64,000 nt of DNA from Nostoc sp. (GCA_036918135.1 JBALDB010000007.1:352001-416000); one strand, 5' to 3'; positions 30,755 through 42,370 are shown, counted from the first letter of the stretch. Numbers and translations are program-made. The notes: generated by a model from the sequence alone, not told the origin.

Positions 30755-32644
30755 ATGCAATGGGCTAATTTTCTAGCCAAAGAAGCAGCTACTAATGGCC
30801 TATCTCTGGAGCAAACGGCAGCTTTTGTAAACTATTTTCAGACTGAAAACTTAGGTAAAAGAGAAGCTAAACTTGCCAGCGAATTAAACGTTGATATTGC
30901 TGCTTTCACAAAATGGATGGGCGAACTATATGACAAGTTCGCCCAGAATTCTCCTGAATTAGCTATTTCCAACAGTCAGGGCAAACTTGAAAAGTTACAA
31001 GCTCACCTGAAGGCGAAATATAATAGCGATTTGGATGTCCTCAAACCATTGGCGGCGATGAAATTATTAAAATCGCTGGTGGTTCGAGAACGACTGCAAC
31101 AAGAAGCTTGGGTTGCGAGAAGAATTTGTAAGTTTTTGGGATACTTGCCTTTAGCGTTAGAGTTAGTGGGGCGATATCTCGATAAAATGCCAGATTTATC
31201 TCTGAAAACACTGCTCAAGCGGTTAGAAAAAAAGCGAGAGGAACGTCAAGCAGTAGTCAATGCTAACTTATTGATACCTTATAAATATGCTGTAGCTGAA
31301 GTTTTTGAATTGAGTTGGGAACAGTTGGATGAGAATGCCCAAAGCTTTGGCTGTTTGCTAAGTTTGTGTGCTTTAGCTGACATTCCTTTATCTATAGAAA
31401 CAATAGAAGATGACAAAAAACAAAAACTTAATAAAAAAGCCATAGCCGATTTACTAGAATTGCATTTGCTACAACAAAAAAGTAAAGAATTTTATCGTTT
31501 AAATCCTCTAATTCGGCAACTTTTCCAAATAAAGTTGAATCAGTCAACTGAGGCGGATGAAGCAAAAACTAAATTTGCAGCAATGATGTTAGAGGTAGCA
31601 AAGCTAATTCCCCAACAGCCTAGCCCTGAAGATATTCTCAACCTCACTCCCCATATTCCGCACATTACGGAAGTTGCAAACCACCTATGCCAGTATCTCA
31701 ATAATGAAAATCTGATTACTCTGTTTACTAAATTAGCCTGGTTTTATCAAGGTCAAGGACTTTATCAGCAAGCAGAACCCTGGTTGCAACGCTGTGTAAA
31801 ACTGACTCAAAATTATCTTGGTTTAGAACATTCTTATGTCGCTGCTAGTCTAAACAATTTAGCAGCACTCTACGAATCTACAGGACGGTACAATCAAGCC
31901 GAACCCTTGTATCTGCAAGCTTTAGAACTGAGAAAACGCCTGTTGGGAGACAACCATCTTGATGTCGCCACTAGCCTGAACAATTTAGCAGCACTATACG
32001 AATCTACAGGACGCTATAGCGAAGCCGAACCTTTGCTGGAGCAAGCTTTAGAACTGAGAAAACGCCTGCTGGGAGAAGAACATACCGATGTCGCCACTAC
32101 TCTAAGCTATTTAGCATTAATTTACGAATTTACAGGACGCTATAGCGAAGCCGAATCTTTGTATCAGCAAGCTTTAGAACTGTGGAAACGCCTAGTGGGC
32201 GAAGAACATTCCCATGTCGCCACTAGCCTGAACAATTTAGCAGCATTCTACTGTTATACACAACGCTACCGCCAAGCTGAACCTTTGCTGAAGCAGGCTT
32301 TAAAACTGAGAAAACGTTTGCTGGGAGCAGAACATACCGATATTGCTACTAGCCTGAACAATTTAGGACAACTCTACGAGTCTACAGGACGCTATAGCAA
32401 AGCCGAACCACTGTATCAGCAAGCTTTGGAAATGAGAAAACGCCTGCTAGGAAATCATCCTGATGTCGCCATTAGTCTGAATAATCTAGCAGCACTCTAC
32501 CGTCATACAAGACGCTATAAAAAAGCCAAACCTTTGTTTGAGCAAGCTTTGAAAATTTGCGAACGGACTTTAGGTGTCAGTCATCCTACTACTATGACGG
32601 TTCGGGCTAATTATGCAAGCTTTTTAAGAGAAGCATATCACTAG
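30755..32644 (+). CDS. TPR protein, paralog of 27012 lacking the NB-ARC P-loop domain
   Basis: N-terminal HTH region joins directly to LDVLKPLAAMKLL; Walker A/B absent; about 6 kinesin-light-chain-type TPRs. Confidence 0.88.
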   Translation: MQWANFLAKEAATNGLSLEQTAAFVNYFQTENLGKREAKLASELNVDIAAFTKWMGELYDKFAQNSPELAISNSQGKLEKLQAHLKAKYNSDLDVLKPLAAMKLLKSLVVRERLQQEAWVARRICKFLGYLPLALELVGRYLDKMPDLSLKTLLKRLEKKREERQAVVNANLLIPYKYAVAEVFELSWEQLDENAQSFGCLLSLCALADIPLSIETIEDDKKQKLNKKAIADLLELHLLQQKSKEFYRLNPLIRQLFQIKLNQSTEADEAKTKFAAMMLEVAKLIPQQPSPEDILNLTPHIPHITEVANHLCQYLNNENLITLFTKLAWFYQGQGLYQQAEPWLQRCVKLTQNYLGLEHSYVAASLNNLAALYESTGRYNQAEPLYLQALELRKRLLGDNHLDVATSLNNLAALYESTGRYSEAEPLLEQALELRKRLLGEEHTDVATTLSYLALIYEFTGRYSEAESLYQQALELWKRLVGEEHSHVATSLNNLAAFYCYTQRYRQAEPLLKQALKLRKRLLGAEHTDIATSLNNLGQLYESTGRYSKAEPLYQQALEMRKRLLGNHPDVAISLNNLAALYRHTRRYKKAKPLFEQALKICERTLGVSHPTTMTVRANYASFLREAYH

Positions 32645-32930
32645 CGACTGCCTCCAGCACCCGATAAAAGTTGCATATTTTCAATTGTTGCTTAATTGCT
32701 CGAATGCAACTTGGTATGAGTCAACAGACATCAAAACTGCGGCGGGAATCGTAAATGTATTAAAGGCGGCTTCCGAAATAGGCAATTTTAGAGTTGTATC
32801 TAAATCATGCCTAAGTTAATTCTAAAAAACTACACAAACTGTGAAATTTAAGTATTGTTTGAATAGTTGTAAAAAACAATACTTAAATTTCATTTTGTGA
32901 GCGGAATTGATTTGTAATTATCAAAGAAAG

Positions 32931-33112
32931 GCAGGAGGCAGAAGGGAATTCTGGCTTCTGTAAGAACTGCTGTGACCGTTCGTGCAGCGTCTCGTAGAGA
33001 AGGAAACAAGGGTTAAAAACCCCGACTAAATTAAAAATTTGGTCGCTCTTATTAAGGAGAGGTCTGAATCCCCTTCTTAATAAAACCTTCTGCCCTCTGC
33101 CTCCTGCCTTCT
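32931..33112. mobile_element. MITE-like element with inverted GGCAG(G/A)A heptamer termini and an internal SDR
   Basis: GCAGGAGGCAGAAGG...CCTTCTGCCCTCTGCCTCCTGCCTT ends; internal GCAGCGTCTCGTAGAGA. Confidence 0.55.
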
Positions 33113-33205
33113 CAATAACAACTTTATTCGCGTAACTATCTAAAAAATTCATGATGTATATCTAAGCGCCATGAATACTACAGTTGAGATATTAAAATAT
33201 TTACT

Positions 33206-33805
33206 ATGATGACTCTTACAAAAACATTAGTTGAAACACAACAGTTAGAAAATATCAACTATGATTTGCAGCGTTCTAATTTTTTACAAGAAGTCATTGA
33301 AGGCTTAGAAGATGGGATTTTTATTTTAAGTAATACTGGAAAACTGCTTCATGCCAATGGTTCTGCTCATCAATTTTTTTGTCAATTTAATCAAGAAAAT
33401 TATCAGGCTAATTTTGTCCCACCAGCTATTTGGAATCTTTGCGAATCATTACTTAGCAATCAATCTTGCTTTTCTGACAAACTGATTATTTTCTCAGATG
33501 AAATTATACTTGACAAGTCAAACATTTTTCGGATTCGAGTTAGGCTAATTGATTTGGATGGTTTTGATGTACCTTGTTTATTAGTAACTATACAAAATCA
33601 AAGCGAATCTCTCAGACACATAGTACTCACTGAAGTTCAAAAATTTGAATTGACACGACGAGAAGCAGAAATTTGGTTTCTCTACAGAAACAACTACACC
33701 TACAAAGAAATTGCTACTAAGCTTTATATCACTATCAATACAGTGAAGAAACACATGAAAAATATTCATGCTAAGCGACAAGCATCTGCGTTCGCCCTGG
33801 TGTAA
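33206..33805 (+). CDS. LuxR-family HTH regulator with PAS-like N-terminus
   Basis: EGLEDGIFIL...HAN; LTRREAEI...YKEIATKLYITINTVKKHMKNI. Confidence 0.88.
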   Translation: MMTLTKTLVETQQLENINYDLQRSNFLQEVIEGLEDGIFILSNTGKLLHANGSAHQFFCQFNQENYQANFVPPAIWNLCESLLSNQSCFSDKLIIFSDEIILDKSNIFRIRVRLIDLDGFDVPCLLVTIQNQSESLRHIVLTEVQKFELTRREAEIWFLYRNNYTYKEIATKLYITINTVKKHMKNIHAKRQASAFALV

Positions 33806-33937
33806 AGTGCGATCGCTCTAGACCGACACTTCTGCGGTAGGGTGCGTTTTCACCCAGCGCCAGGCACCGACACATCATCAACAATACTTGCCGATCGCCC
33901 TTGTAGTGACCCAAAAGAGCGATCGCTGTATTTTCAG

Positions 33938-36900
33938 CTAAATGATGGCGAGATTGTTCAAACTACCGCTAAATCCAGTAATCTCTATCACAGCATCATT
34001 GGCAGATTGGAAACCAGCAGTGCTATTATTCAGTACCAAGAAGGTGCGGCTACCAAAGCTAAAGGTGACAGCACGGTTGGCAGCAAAACTACTATTGGTC
34101 AACACCGTACTGATACCAGCTTGAGTTAAAGCACTCACTGCCCCCAGTTCTCTGAGATTGGCGGCGCTGACAGCATTAGGGCCATCAATAAAATCAGTGC
34201 CAATCTTCAAGTCAGCGATCCGGTCAAAACCACTTAACAGCGAATCTGCAAAAGAAGTGTAGCCGAAGGTATCAGCACCATTGCTGCCAGTCAGCACATC
34301 GGCACCAGTACCACCGACGAGCAGGTCGTTGCTGCTACCGCCAATAAGGGTATCCTTACCTTTGCCGCCATTGAGGGTGTCATTACCATTACTGCCATCG
34401 AGCAAGTCAGGGCCGTCATTGCCACTGAGGGAATCTTTGCCCTTGCCGCCGAGTTGGCTAGAGCCAATTAAGAGGTTGACATTGCCTTGGGTTGTACCGC
34501 CCTTACCGTCAGTTATTGTGTATTGGAAGCTACCTGTACCGCTTTTTGTTGGCACAAAGACGATCGAATCATCAGCTGGATTGGCAGGCGTGAAATTGTT
34601 GAATAAGACTGCCGCACCGCCCTTGGTATTGGTAACATTGGTAATCTTCAACATATCACCAGTATCGATATCGCTGTCGTTGGCAAGTAGGGTGCCCACA
34701 GCAATAGTCTTGGGGATGAATTGAGTGGCAATTAAGGAGTCGCTGCCTGCAACTGGATTATCGTTGACACCAGTGAGAGTCAAGTTAACTTTAGCCGTGC
34801 TAGTACCACCTTTGCCATCAGAGATGGTGTAGGTAAAGCTATCACTAGCACTTGCACCCATAGCCAAAGACTCAAATTGAGCATTAGGGTTGTAGTCAAA
34901 AGTACCATTGGGCTTGAGAGTCAGCAGGGCACCAGATGCTAAGGTAATAGGGGTGTTGGCAATGACACTGTTGCCGTTAACTTTAGTGACAGTTAAACTG
35001 TCGTTATTAGCATCAGCGTCATTTGCTAAGACTTTGATCTTGACAACAGTATTTTCATTTGTAGTTGCTATATCATTTTTTGCAAAAGGTGGCTGATTGA
35101 GATTAAAAGCTAATGTTGTCGTTGCCACTGTACTGGTATTGGAGTGAGCCGCACCATCATTCACTACAAAGGTAATTTTACGGGCAGTCGTATTAGGGTT
35201 AGCCGCCGTATTGTTGTAAGTAATCGTCTTTAGGACTTGTTGATATTGAGCAACTGTGGCTGTGCCAGCCAGAGTCAACACCCCATTGCTGTAGTTGGCA
35301 GTGATGTTGGTGTTTGTGATGGTAGCAGCGAGGATTTCCGATGCAGCATCTTGGAGGTTAGTAATAGTCACTGTTGCGCCGACAAGGTTGGGGGAATTAG
35401 AGTCAATTAAACTCAAGTCACTATCGACAATCGAGACGGCAGTACCAGTAAAGCTGGTGTTGAAATCAATGCCACTGCCGTTGCTGCCATTGAGGTCGAG
35501 TTTGGGAGCAGCGTTGCCAAACACCACGTAGCTCTGCCCTTGCCCTGAATAATCGGCGTTGGGGTCGGCATTTGGTGCGCCGATAATCAGGTCATCAATG
35601 CCGTCGCCGTTGATGTCTCCGGCACTACTGACTGAGAAGCCTGATAAGTCATCTGAGTTGATGCCGTTAATGATGAAGCCGTTGCTGCCGTTGAGGGCTG
35701 AGAGGTTGAGGCTAGATGAAAAGCCACTCTTGTTGCCAAACACTACGTAGCTCTGCCCTGAACTATCGCCGTTGGGGGAGGCTTGTAGTGCGCCGATAAT
35801 CAGGTCATCAATGCCGTCGCCGTTGATGTCTCCGGCGCTGCTAACTGAGTTGCCTGATTCGTCATCTGAGTTGATGCCGTTAATGATGAAGCCGTTGCTG
35901 CCGTTGAGGCTAGAGAGGTTGAGGCTAGATGAAAAGCCACTCTTGTTGCCAAACACTACGTAGCTCTGCCCTGAATAATCGTCGTTGGGGTCGGCATTTG
36001 GTGCGCCGATAATCAGGTCATCAATGCCGTCGCCGTTGATGTCACCGACGCTACTGACTGAGTTGCCTGATTCGTCATTAAAATTGATGCCGTTAATGAT
36101 GAAGCCGTTGCTGCCGTTGAGGCTAGAGAGGTTGAGGCTAGATGAAAAGCCACTTTTGTTGCCAAACACTACGTAGCTCCGCCCTGAAATACTGCTGTTG
36201 CGGTCAGCAGTTGGTGCGCCGATAATCAGGTCATCAATGCCGTCGCCGTTGATGTCACCGGCACTACTGACTGAGTTGCCTGATTCGTCAAATGCAGCGA
36301 TGCCGTTAATGATGAAGCCGTTGCTGCCGTTGAGGCTAGAGAGGTTGAGGCTAGATGAAAAGCCACTCTTGTTGCCAAACACTACGTAGCTCTGCCCTGA
36401 ATATTCGCCGTTGGGGGAGGCTTGTAGTGCGCTGATAATCAGGTCATCAATGCCGTCGCCGTTGATGTCACCGGCACTACTGACTGAGTAGCCTGATAAG
36501 TCATCTGAGTTGATGCCGTTAATGATGAAGCCGTTGCTGCCGTTGAGGCTAGAGAGGTTGAGGCTAGATGAAAAGCCACTCTTGTTGCCAAACACTACGT
36601 AGCTCTGCCCTGAATATTCGCCGTTGGGGGAGGCTTGTAGTGCGCTGATAATCAGGTCATCAATGCCGTCGCCGTTGATGTCACCGGCACTACTGACTGA
36701 GTAGCCTGATAAGTCATCTGAGTTGATGCCGTTAATGATGAAGCCGTTGCTGCCGTTGAGGCTAGAGAGGTTGAGGCTAGATGAAAAGCCACTCTTGTTG
36801 CCAAACACTACGTAGCTCTGCCCTGAAGCAACGCCGTTGGGGTCGGCACGATATGCGCCGATAATCAGGTCATCAATGCCGTCGCCGTTGATGTCTCCGG

Positions 36901-37216
36901 CGCTACTGACTGAGAAGCCTGAGAAGTCATATGCAGCGATGCCGTTAATGATGAAGCCGTTGCTGCCGTTGAGGCTGGAGAGCTTGAGGCTAGATGAAAA
37001 GCCACTCTTGTTGCCAAACACTACGTAGCTCTGCCCTGAATCAACGCCGTTGGGGTTGGCAAATGGTGCGCCGATAATCAGGTCATCAATGCCGTCGCCG
37101 TTGATGTCTCCGGCGCTACTGACTGAGAAGCCTGAGTCGTCATATGCAGCGATGCCGTTAATGATAAAGCCGTTGCTGCCGTTGAGGGCTGACAGGTTGA
37201 AGCTTGAATTTGCCAT
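33938..37216 (-). CDS. Secreted/surface protein: FG-GAP repeats, Ig/cadherin-like domains, RTX Ca-binding repeats and a C-terminal bluetail-like domain
   Basis: 8 x GDINGDGIDDLII(G/S)A; NQPPFAKND, SFTYTISDG; GGxGxD nonapeptides; no N-terminal signal peptide (T1SS-type). Confidence 0.9.
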   Translation of the reverse strand: MANSSFNLSALNGSNGFIINGIAAYDDSGFSVSSAGDINGDGIDDLIIGAPFANPNGVDSGQSYVVFGNKSGFSSSLKLSSLNGSNGFIINGIAAYDFSGFSVSSAGDINGDGIDDLIIGAYRADPNGVASGQSYVVFGNKSGFSSSLNLSSLNGSNGFIINGINSDDLSGYSVSSAGDINGDGIDDLIISALQASPNGEYSGQSYVVFGNKSGFSSSLNLSSLNGSNGFIINGINSDDLSGYSVSSAGDINGDGIDDLIISALQASPNGEYSGQSYVVFGNKSGFSSSLNLSSLNGSNGFIINGIAAFDESGNSVSSAGDINGDGIDDLIIGAPTADRNSSISGRSYVVFGNKSGFSSSLNLSSLNGSNGFIINGINFNDESGNSVSSVGDINGDGIDDLIIGAPNADPNDDYSGQSYVVFGNKSGFSSSLNLSSLNGSNGFIINGINSDDESGNSVSSAGDINGDGIDDLIIGALQASPNGDSSGQSYVVFGNKSGFSSSLNLSALNGSNGFIINGINSDDLSGFSVSSAGDINGDGIDDLIIGAPNADPNADYSGQGQSYVVFGNAAPKLDLNGSNGSGIDFNTSFTGTAVSIVDSDLSLIDSNSPNLVGATVTITNLQDAASEILAATITNTNITANYSNGVLTLAGTATVAQYQQVLKTITYNNTAANPNTTARKITFVVNDGAAHSNTSTVATTTLAFNLNQPPFAKNDIATTNENTVVKIKVLANDADANNDSLTVTKVNGNSVIANTPITLASGALLTLKPNGTFDYNPNAQFESLAMGASASDSFTYTISDGKGGTSTAKVNLTLTGVNDNPVAGSDSLIATQFIPKTIAVGTLLANDSDIDTGDMLKITNVTNTKGGAAVLFNNFTPANPADDSIVFVPTKSGTGSFQYTITDGKGGTTQGNVNLLIGSSQLGGKGKDSLSGNDGPDLLDGSNGNDTLNGGKGKDTLIGGSSNDLLVGGTGADVLTGSNGADTFGYTSFADSLLSGFDRIADLKIGTDFIDGPNAVSAANLRELGAVSALTQAGISTVLTNSSFAANRAVTFSFGSRTFLVLNNSTAGFQSANDAVIEITGFSGSLNNLAII
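35515..37205 (-). repeat. 213-bp intragenic tandem repeats (8 FG-GAP units)
   Basis: Antisense ORFs recur every 213 bp; units 3 and 4 appear identical. Confidence 0.92.
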
Positions 37217-38152
37217 AATTTTGTTTGTTGTTTTGATGTCGTCGAACTTTGGGATTGACCAAGATGCAATCTTCTCGGTCTTTTCTAAACTTCTCCCACA
37301 TGGGGAATAGATTTAAAAGCTATTGGGCGGCGAATTTATGGTAGTACTGCGACCCCTGTGATGTAGCTAACCTGGGGTACATATAGAACTGTTTTGACAA
37401 TGAGAATATCATTTTGCGCGATCGCTGTGTTAACTCTTCTAATAATTAATTTGTACTAATTGGCACATATATCTACTTACCAATTTGTCAACATTTAGAT
37501 GCATTTGCCCTGGTATCATCCCGACTTTCCATATCTCTGATTACCACTCAATGTAAATATTGAATTAATCATTTTTTAAGTATAAAAATATGCGTAATTA
37601 AAAGTATGAATTTTAATGCTACTTGGTTCAGTCTAAAAAGCTCAACCGAGTAGTATTGTCATAAATTTAGTCTCACGCTTGGGCAAGCTAGTACATTGGC
37701 AAGACACGTAGGTGGTTTGGACTTGAGGGGACTGTCATCGGCTCTTTGAGCTTCAAGCAACTGGCATTGCAAAGACGCTAAAGGCAAGAATTTTAAATAC
37801 TCAATTTTGGAATTTTATACTTCAATTGAGTAACACTAAAAAATAAATATGTGGATTTGACTATAATTACTCAAAACATCCATCTTTTCATCATTCGCCT
37901 GTGAATCATAATTTAAGTAAATTAGCAACACCCAAAGGTTAAATTCAGCAAACAGTTATCAGGCATATGGTGAAGGATTTTAATTGATTATCAGTTCTTG
38001 GTGTTCAACGATCGCTGATAACTGGTAACTATGTAGTAGGGGCTTAAACCCAGCGATGAAACTAACAACCGATAACTGATAACTGTTATAGGGGTTGCTT
38101 TGATTGTCGGTCAAGTTGAGAATAAATAGGCGAAGCACACGGGGAAACCAAC

Positions 38153-39583
38153 GTGAGTCAAGAATTTGATTACGATTTAGTAATTATCGGCGCTGGTGTA
38201 GGCGGACATGGCGCAGCCCTACACGCCGTAAGTTGCGGTTTAAAAACAGCGATTATTGAAGCTGCTGATATGGGAGGAACCTGTGTTAATCGCGGCTGTA
38301 TTCCTTCTAAAGCGCTGCTAGCAGCATCTGGACGTGTGCGGGAATTACGCGATGCCCACCACCTCAAGTCGCTGGGAATTCAAGTTGCAAGCGTGGAGTT
38401 CGATCGCCAAGCGATCGCTAATCATGCCTTAAATCTCGTCTCGAAGATTCAAGGCGACTTAACTAACAGTCTCAAACGTCTGGGAGTTGATATTATTCGG
38501 GGTTGGGGAAAAATCGCTGGCACACAAAAAGTCTCCATCGCAGGAGATGGCGGTGAAAAAACCATCACAGCCAAAGACATTATCCTTTCCCCTGGTTCAA
38601 TTCCTTTCGTTCCTCCAGGAATTGAAGTAGACGGTAAAACTGTGTTTACCAGCGACCAAGGTGTGAAGTTAGAATCACTACCGGAGTGGATAGCAATTAT
38701 TGGCAGTGGTTACATCGGCTTGGAGTTTTCTGATATTTACTCAGCTTTGGGCTGTGAAATCACCTTGATTGAAGCCCTAGACCAATTAATGCCAGGATTT
38801 GACCGCGACATTGCCAAACTTGCCGAACGCGTGCTGATTACTCCCCGCGACATCGAAACCAAAGTCGGGATATATGCTAAAAAAGTCATCCCTGGTTCAC
38901 CTGTGGTAATTGAGTTAGCAGATTTCAAAACCAAAGAAGATTTAGATGTCATCGAAGTAGATGCTTGCTTGGTGGCTACAGGACGCATCCCAGCAACGCA
39001 AAATCTCGGTTTAGAGTCTGTGGGTGTAGAACTCGATCGCCGGAATTTTATTCCAGTTGACGATCGCATGGCAGTATTGTCAGCAGGTGAAGTAGTGCCG
39101 CATCTGTGGGCAATTGGTGACGCTAATGGCAAAATGATGTTAGCCCATGCCGCTTCTGCTCAAGGCATCATCGCGGTGGAAAACATAGTTGGCAGGGAGA
39201 AGATAGTAGACTATCGCAGCATCCCCGCAGCAGCGTTTACCCACCCAGAAGTTAGCTATGTGGGCTTAACAGAAACAGCAGCTAAGGAAATGGGACAAGC
39301 CGAAGGGTTTGAAATCGCCACCAGTCGGAGTTACTACAAAGGAAATTCCAAAGCGCTGGCAGAAAACGAAGCCGACGGTATTGCCAAGGTGATCTATCGC
39401 AAAGACACAGGAGAAGTCTTAGGCGTTCATATTTTTGGACTCCACGCCTCAGACTTGATTCACGAAGCATCAGCCGCGATCGCTCACCGTCAATCTGTCC
39501 AAAGTCTCGCCCATCTAGTTCACGCCCACCCAACACTCTCAGAAGTCCTAGACGAAGCTTATAAACGAGCGATCGCTATTTAG
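38153..39583 (+). CDS. lpdA: Dihydrolipoyl dehydrogenase
   Basis: [27 protein letters not shown]. Confidence 0.96.
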   Translation: MSQEFDYDLVIIGAGVGGHGAALHAVSCGLKTAIIEAADMGGTCVNRGCIPSKALLAASGRVRELRDAHHLKSLGIQVASVEFDRQAIANHALNLVSKIQGDLTNSLKRLGVDIIRGWGKIAGTQKVSIAGDGGEKTITAKDIILSPGSIPFVPPGIEVDGKTVFTSDQGVKLESLPEWIAIIGSGYIGLEFSDIYSALGCEITLIEALDQLMPGFDRDIAKLAERVLITPRDIETKVGIYAKKVIPGSPVVIELADFKTKEDLDVIEVDACLVATGRIPATQNLGLESVGVELDRRNFIPVDDRMAVLSAGEVVPHLWAIGDANGKMMLAHAASAQGIIAVENIVGREKIVDYRSIPAAAFTHPEVSYVGLTETAAKEMGQAEGFEIATSRSYYKGNSKALAENEADGIAKVIYRKDTGEVLGVHIFGLHASDLIHEASAAIAHRQSVQSLAHLVHAHPTLSEVLDEAYKRAIAI

Positions 39584-39670
39584 GGATTGGGGATTGGGTA
39601 CTGGGAAGAATTCTTCCCCAGTCACCAGTCCCTAGTCCCCAGTCCCTAGTCCCTAGTCCCCAGTCCCCAA
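39581..39670. repeat. STRR heptamer repeats in inverted arrangement (GGGATTG / CCAGTCC)
   Basis: Tandem heptamers able to form a hairpin between lpdA and trpC. Confidence 0.85.
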
Positions 39671-39673
39671 TTT

Positions 39674-40564
39674 ATGCAAATCCGTCGCCGTTCACCTAAT
39701 CCAGCTATTGCTGTATCCGTGTTACGTTATCAGGCTGCTGTGCCTGATGCAGAGCCAAACAATATTTTAGAAGAAATTGTCTGGCATAAAGAACAAGAAG
39801 TAGACCAAATGCGGGAAAGGTTACCTTTACGGGAATTGCAGAAACAGGTACTTTCCGCGCCACCAACCCGCGATTTTGTGGCGGCTTTGCGCCAAGGTAA
39901 AACCAAGCCAGCAGTGATTGCGGAAGTCAAAAAAGCTTCTCCCAGCAAAGGGGTTTTGCGAGCAGATTTCGATCCGGTAGCGATCGCTCAATCTTACGAC
40001 CAAGGCGGCGCTAGCTGTCTTTCTGTATTGACAGATGCCAAATTTTTTCAGGGCAGCTTTGACAACTTAGCCAAGGTTCGCGCTGCGGTAGATTTGCCCT
40101 TGCTGTGCAAAGATTTTATCATCTATCCGTACCAAATGTACTGGGCACGCATTCAAGGTGCAGATGCGATTTTGTTGATTGCGGCTATTCTCAACGATAA
40201 AGATTTGCAATACTTCTTGAAAATTGCCAACAACCTGAAAATGGCAGCCTTGATTGAAGTCCATAGTTTGGCAGAACTAGACCGCGTGTTAGCTTTAGAT
40301 GGCGTTTCCCTAGTGGGAATCAATAATCGCAATTTGGAAGATTTTTCTGTTGACCTTCAAACTACTTGTCAACTTTTGGCTGCAAGAGGTAGCCAATTGC
40401 AACAGAAAAACATCCTTGTTGTCAGCGAGTCAGGACTACACAAACCAGATGACTTGAGCTTAGTAGTGAAAGCAGGTACATCCGCTGTACTCATTGGAGA
40501 ATCTTTGGTCAAACAACCCGATCCTGGTGCGGCAATCGCCTCTCTATTTCCAGAGAATCTATGA
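39674..40564 (+). CDS. trpC: Indole-3-glycerol phosphate synthase
   Basis: [29 protein letters not shown]. Confidence 0.96.
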   Translation: MQIRRRSPNPAIAVSVLRYQAAVPDAEPNNILEEIVWHKEQEVDQMRERLPLRELQKQVLSAPPTRDFVAALRQGKTKPAVIAEVKKASPSKGVLRADFDPVAIAQSYDQGGASCLSVLTDAKFFQGSFDNLAKVRAAVDLPLLCKDFIIYPYQMYWARIQGADAILLIAAILNDKDLQYFLKIANNLKMAALIEVHSLAELDRVLALDGVSLVGINNRNLEDFSVDLQTTCQLLAARGSQLQQKNILVVSESGLHKPDDLSLVVKAGTSAVLIGESLVKQPDPGAAIASLFPENL

Positions 40565-40842
40565 AAAAACACCGACCCTGTAAAAGGCAGGGTCACTGTA
40601 CATAATAGTTAGGCAATTGGGCATACTATACGTGGATATACAGCAGCTTGCTGCCTAAAATGAGCAATATCTTTGCCAAATCTTTATCGCTAGGCAAATC
40701 AAAGCCCTAAACAAATAGTTATTTGTTATGTAACAATTCATTAACAAGAGAGAAGTCTGAGTAGAGGCTTTTTCAGCTCATAACTTCAAACATTAACTCT
40801 GACTCATGAAAATCCTATAATTTGAAATGAAACTCTAACTTC

Positions 40843-41100
40843 ATGGAGCAAATTCCCCTACCTTCACCTATCCACTACGAACTTATACTTCAACTTTTAG
40901 AAAGACAAACAATGTTAGCAGTCAATGATAATCCAGATTTACGGCATCAGGTGAATCAGTTGATTATTACTCTCCGGAAAGCTGCCGTGCAACAAAAACG
41001 ACTAGAAGAAAATTGCCAGTTTTCCTCTCTGGATGTCGATCATCGTTGGTCAATCAACCATCATAACGGTAGTAAAGTTGTTGCTCCTGATTCCAGATGA
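40843..41100 (+). CDS. Conserved cyanobacterial small protein (DUF5340-like)
   Basis: PLPSPIHYELILQLLERQT...LIITLRKA. Confidence 0.7.
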   Translation: MEQIPLPSPIHYELILQLLERQTMLAVNDNPDLRHQVNQLIITLRKAAVQQKRLEENCQFSSLDVDHRWSINHHNGSKVVAPDSR

Positions 41101-41273
41101 TATCATTTTGGATTTGGGATTTTAGATTGAGAATGTATTTTTTAAAATTGTTCCGTGAATCTATGTATTGCAATTATTTTTTCAAGTGGTATTAAATGTT
41201 TCAATCTAAAATTTATCATCCTTGTTAGGTTAGCTTACCAGCTAACTTTGTTTGCTCTGCAAAATCCGATCTG

Positions 41274-41362
41274 CTATGGCAAGCTATGCTGAAGGTAAAA
41301 ACCTTACTATTCCAAAGATTCACGCTTGTCATTATGTCCTAATCTACCTGGCAACTGCTATA
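41274..41362 (+). mobile_element. MITE-like element (family 1), degenerate
   Basis: GAAGGTAAAA...TTCACGCTTGTCATTATGTCCTAA...CTGCTATA. Confidence 0.55.
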
Positions 41363-41722
41363 TTTGTGAAAATTCTGAGATTGAGATACCCGATATATTA
41401 AATATGTCGGGTATCTTGTTGATTGCATAAGTATGGCTATGTATGAAGTTAAAAATCAGCAATCTAAATTTATACAAAAATTATAATTATCAGCTTGAGA
41501 AATTTTATATCTGAAGAAGTTGATATTACTTTATAAATAAATATCAATCAGCTAAAATTTTTATAAAATCCGAAATCAAAGCATCAGTCATCAGGCAGAA
41601 TTGAGTTGGGTATTCTCTAGAAGTAATTCCGGAATTCTAAGGCTTTGGTGGAGCTTTCCTTGCTTTGCTCCTAAATTTCCCAATTATTCTTCAAAAAATT
41701 CTCTCTCAAATTTGATGAAAGA

Positions 41723-42370
41723 ATGAAATATAACAGCATTAATCAACTCTTCAGAAATAATCAGGCTTGGGTTACCGAAAAGCTGACTTTAAACCCGAAT
41801 TACTTTGAAGAATTATCTAGTGGACAAACACCACCCTTTCTGTATATCGGTTGTTCTGATAGTCGTTTGCCCTTAACAAATTTTACCCGTACAGAGCCGG
41901 GAGAGTTATTTGTACATCGTAATATTGCTAATCAAGTTTCTCTAACAGATATGAACTTCTTAGCTGTTTTAGAATATGCAATTATACATTTGGAAGTGAA
42001 ACACATTATTGTTTGTGGTCACTCCGATTGTGGAGGGATTAAGGCAGCTTTAGAATGGAAAACTATCGGAATTATTGATAACTGGGTAAATCCGATTCGG
42101 GAATTATATTTACGCAGAAAAGCAGAAATTGATGTCTTGCCAACACGAGAAGAACGTCTGAATCGATTGGCAGAAATGAATGTTGTAGCGCAAGTGAAAA
42201 ATCTATACCAAACTTCGATAATGCGTCAGGTACTTTATACCCAAAAAGCGCCTTTAGTTCATGGCTGGGTACTGAATATAAGCAGTGGGTTAATCAAAGA
42301 TTTGAATGTCTCAACTCTGGAATGGCAATTGCATAACTGCCCCTTGCTTATGGGATGGAATATAGACTAG
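41723..42370 (+). CDS. Beta-carbonic anhydrase (Can/YadF-like, no signal peptide)
   Basis: GCSDSR, HRNIAN, CGHSDCGG. Confidence 0.92.
   Translation: MKYNSINQLFRNNQAWVTEKLTLNPNYFEELSSGQTPPFLYIGCSDSRLPLTNFTRTEPGELFVHRNIANQVSLTDMNFLAVLEYAIIHLEVKHIIVCGHSDCGGIKAALEWKTIGIIDNWVNPIRELYLRRKAEIDVLPTREERLNRLAEMNVVAQVKNLYQTSIMRQVLYTQKAPLVHGWVLNISSGLIKDLNVSTLEWQLHNCPLLMGWNID

Noticed and set aside
34281..37310. Series of 63-aa plus-strand ORFs
   Set aside because: Antisense shadows of the 213-bp FG-GAP repeats
37670..37795. GC-richer intergenic patch as a riboswitch or HEARO/omega RNA
   Set aside because: No diagnostic motif or adjacent IscB/TnpB; better explained as degenerate short dispersed repeats
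41426..41441. CATA-N8-TATG dyad as a CmpR/NdhR LysR box for the CA-sbt cluster
   Set aside because: Does not fit T-N11-A spacing, is short and lies in AT-rich DNA
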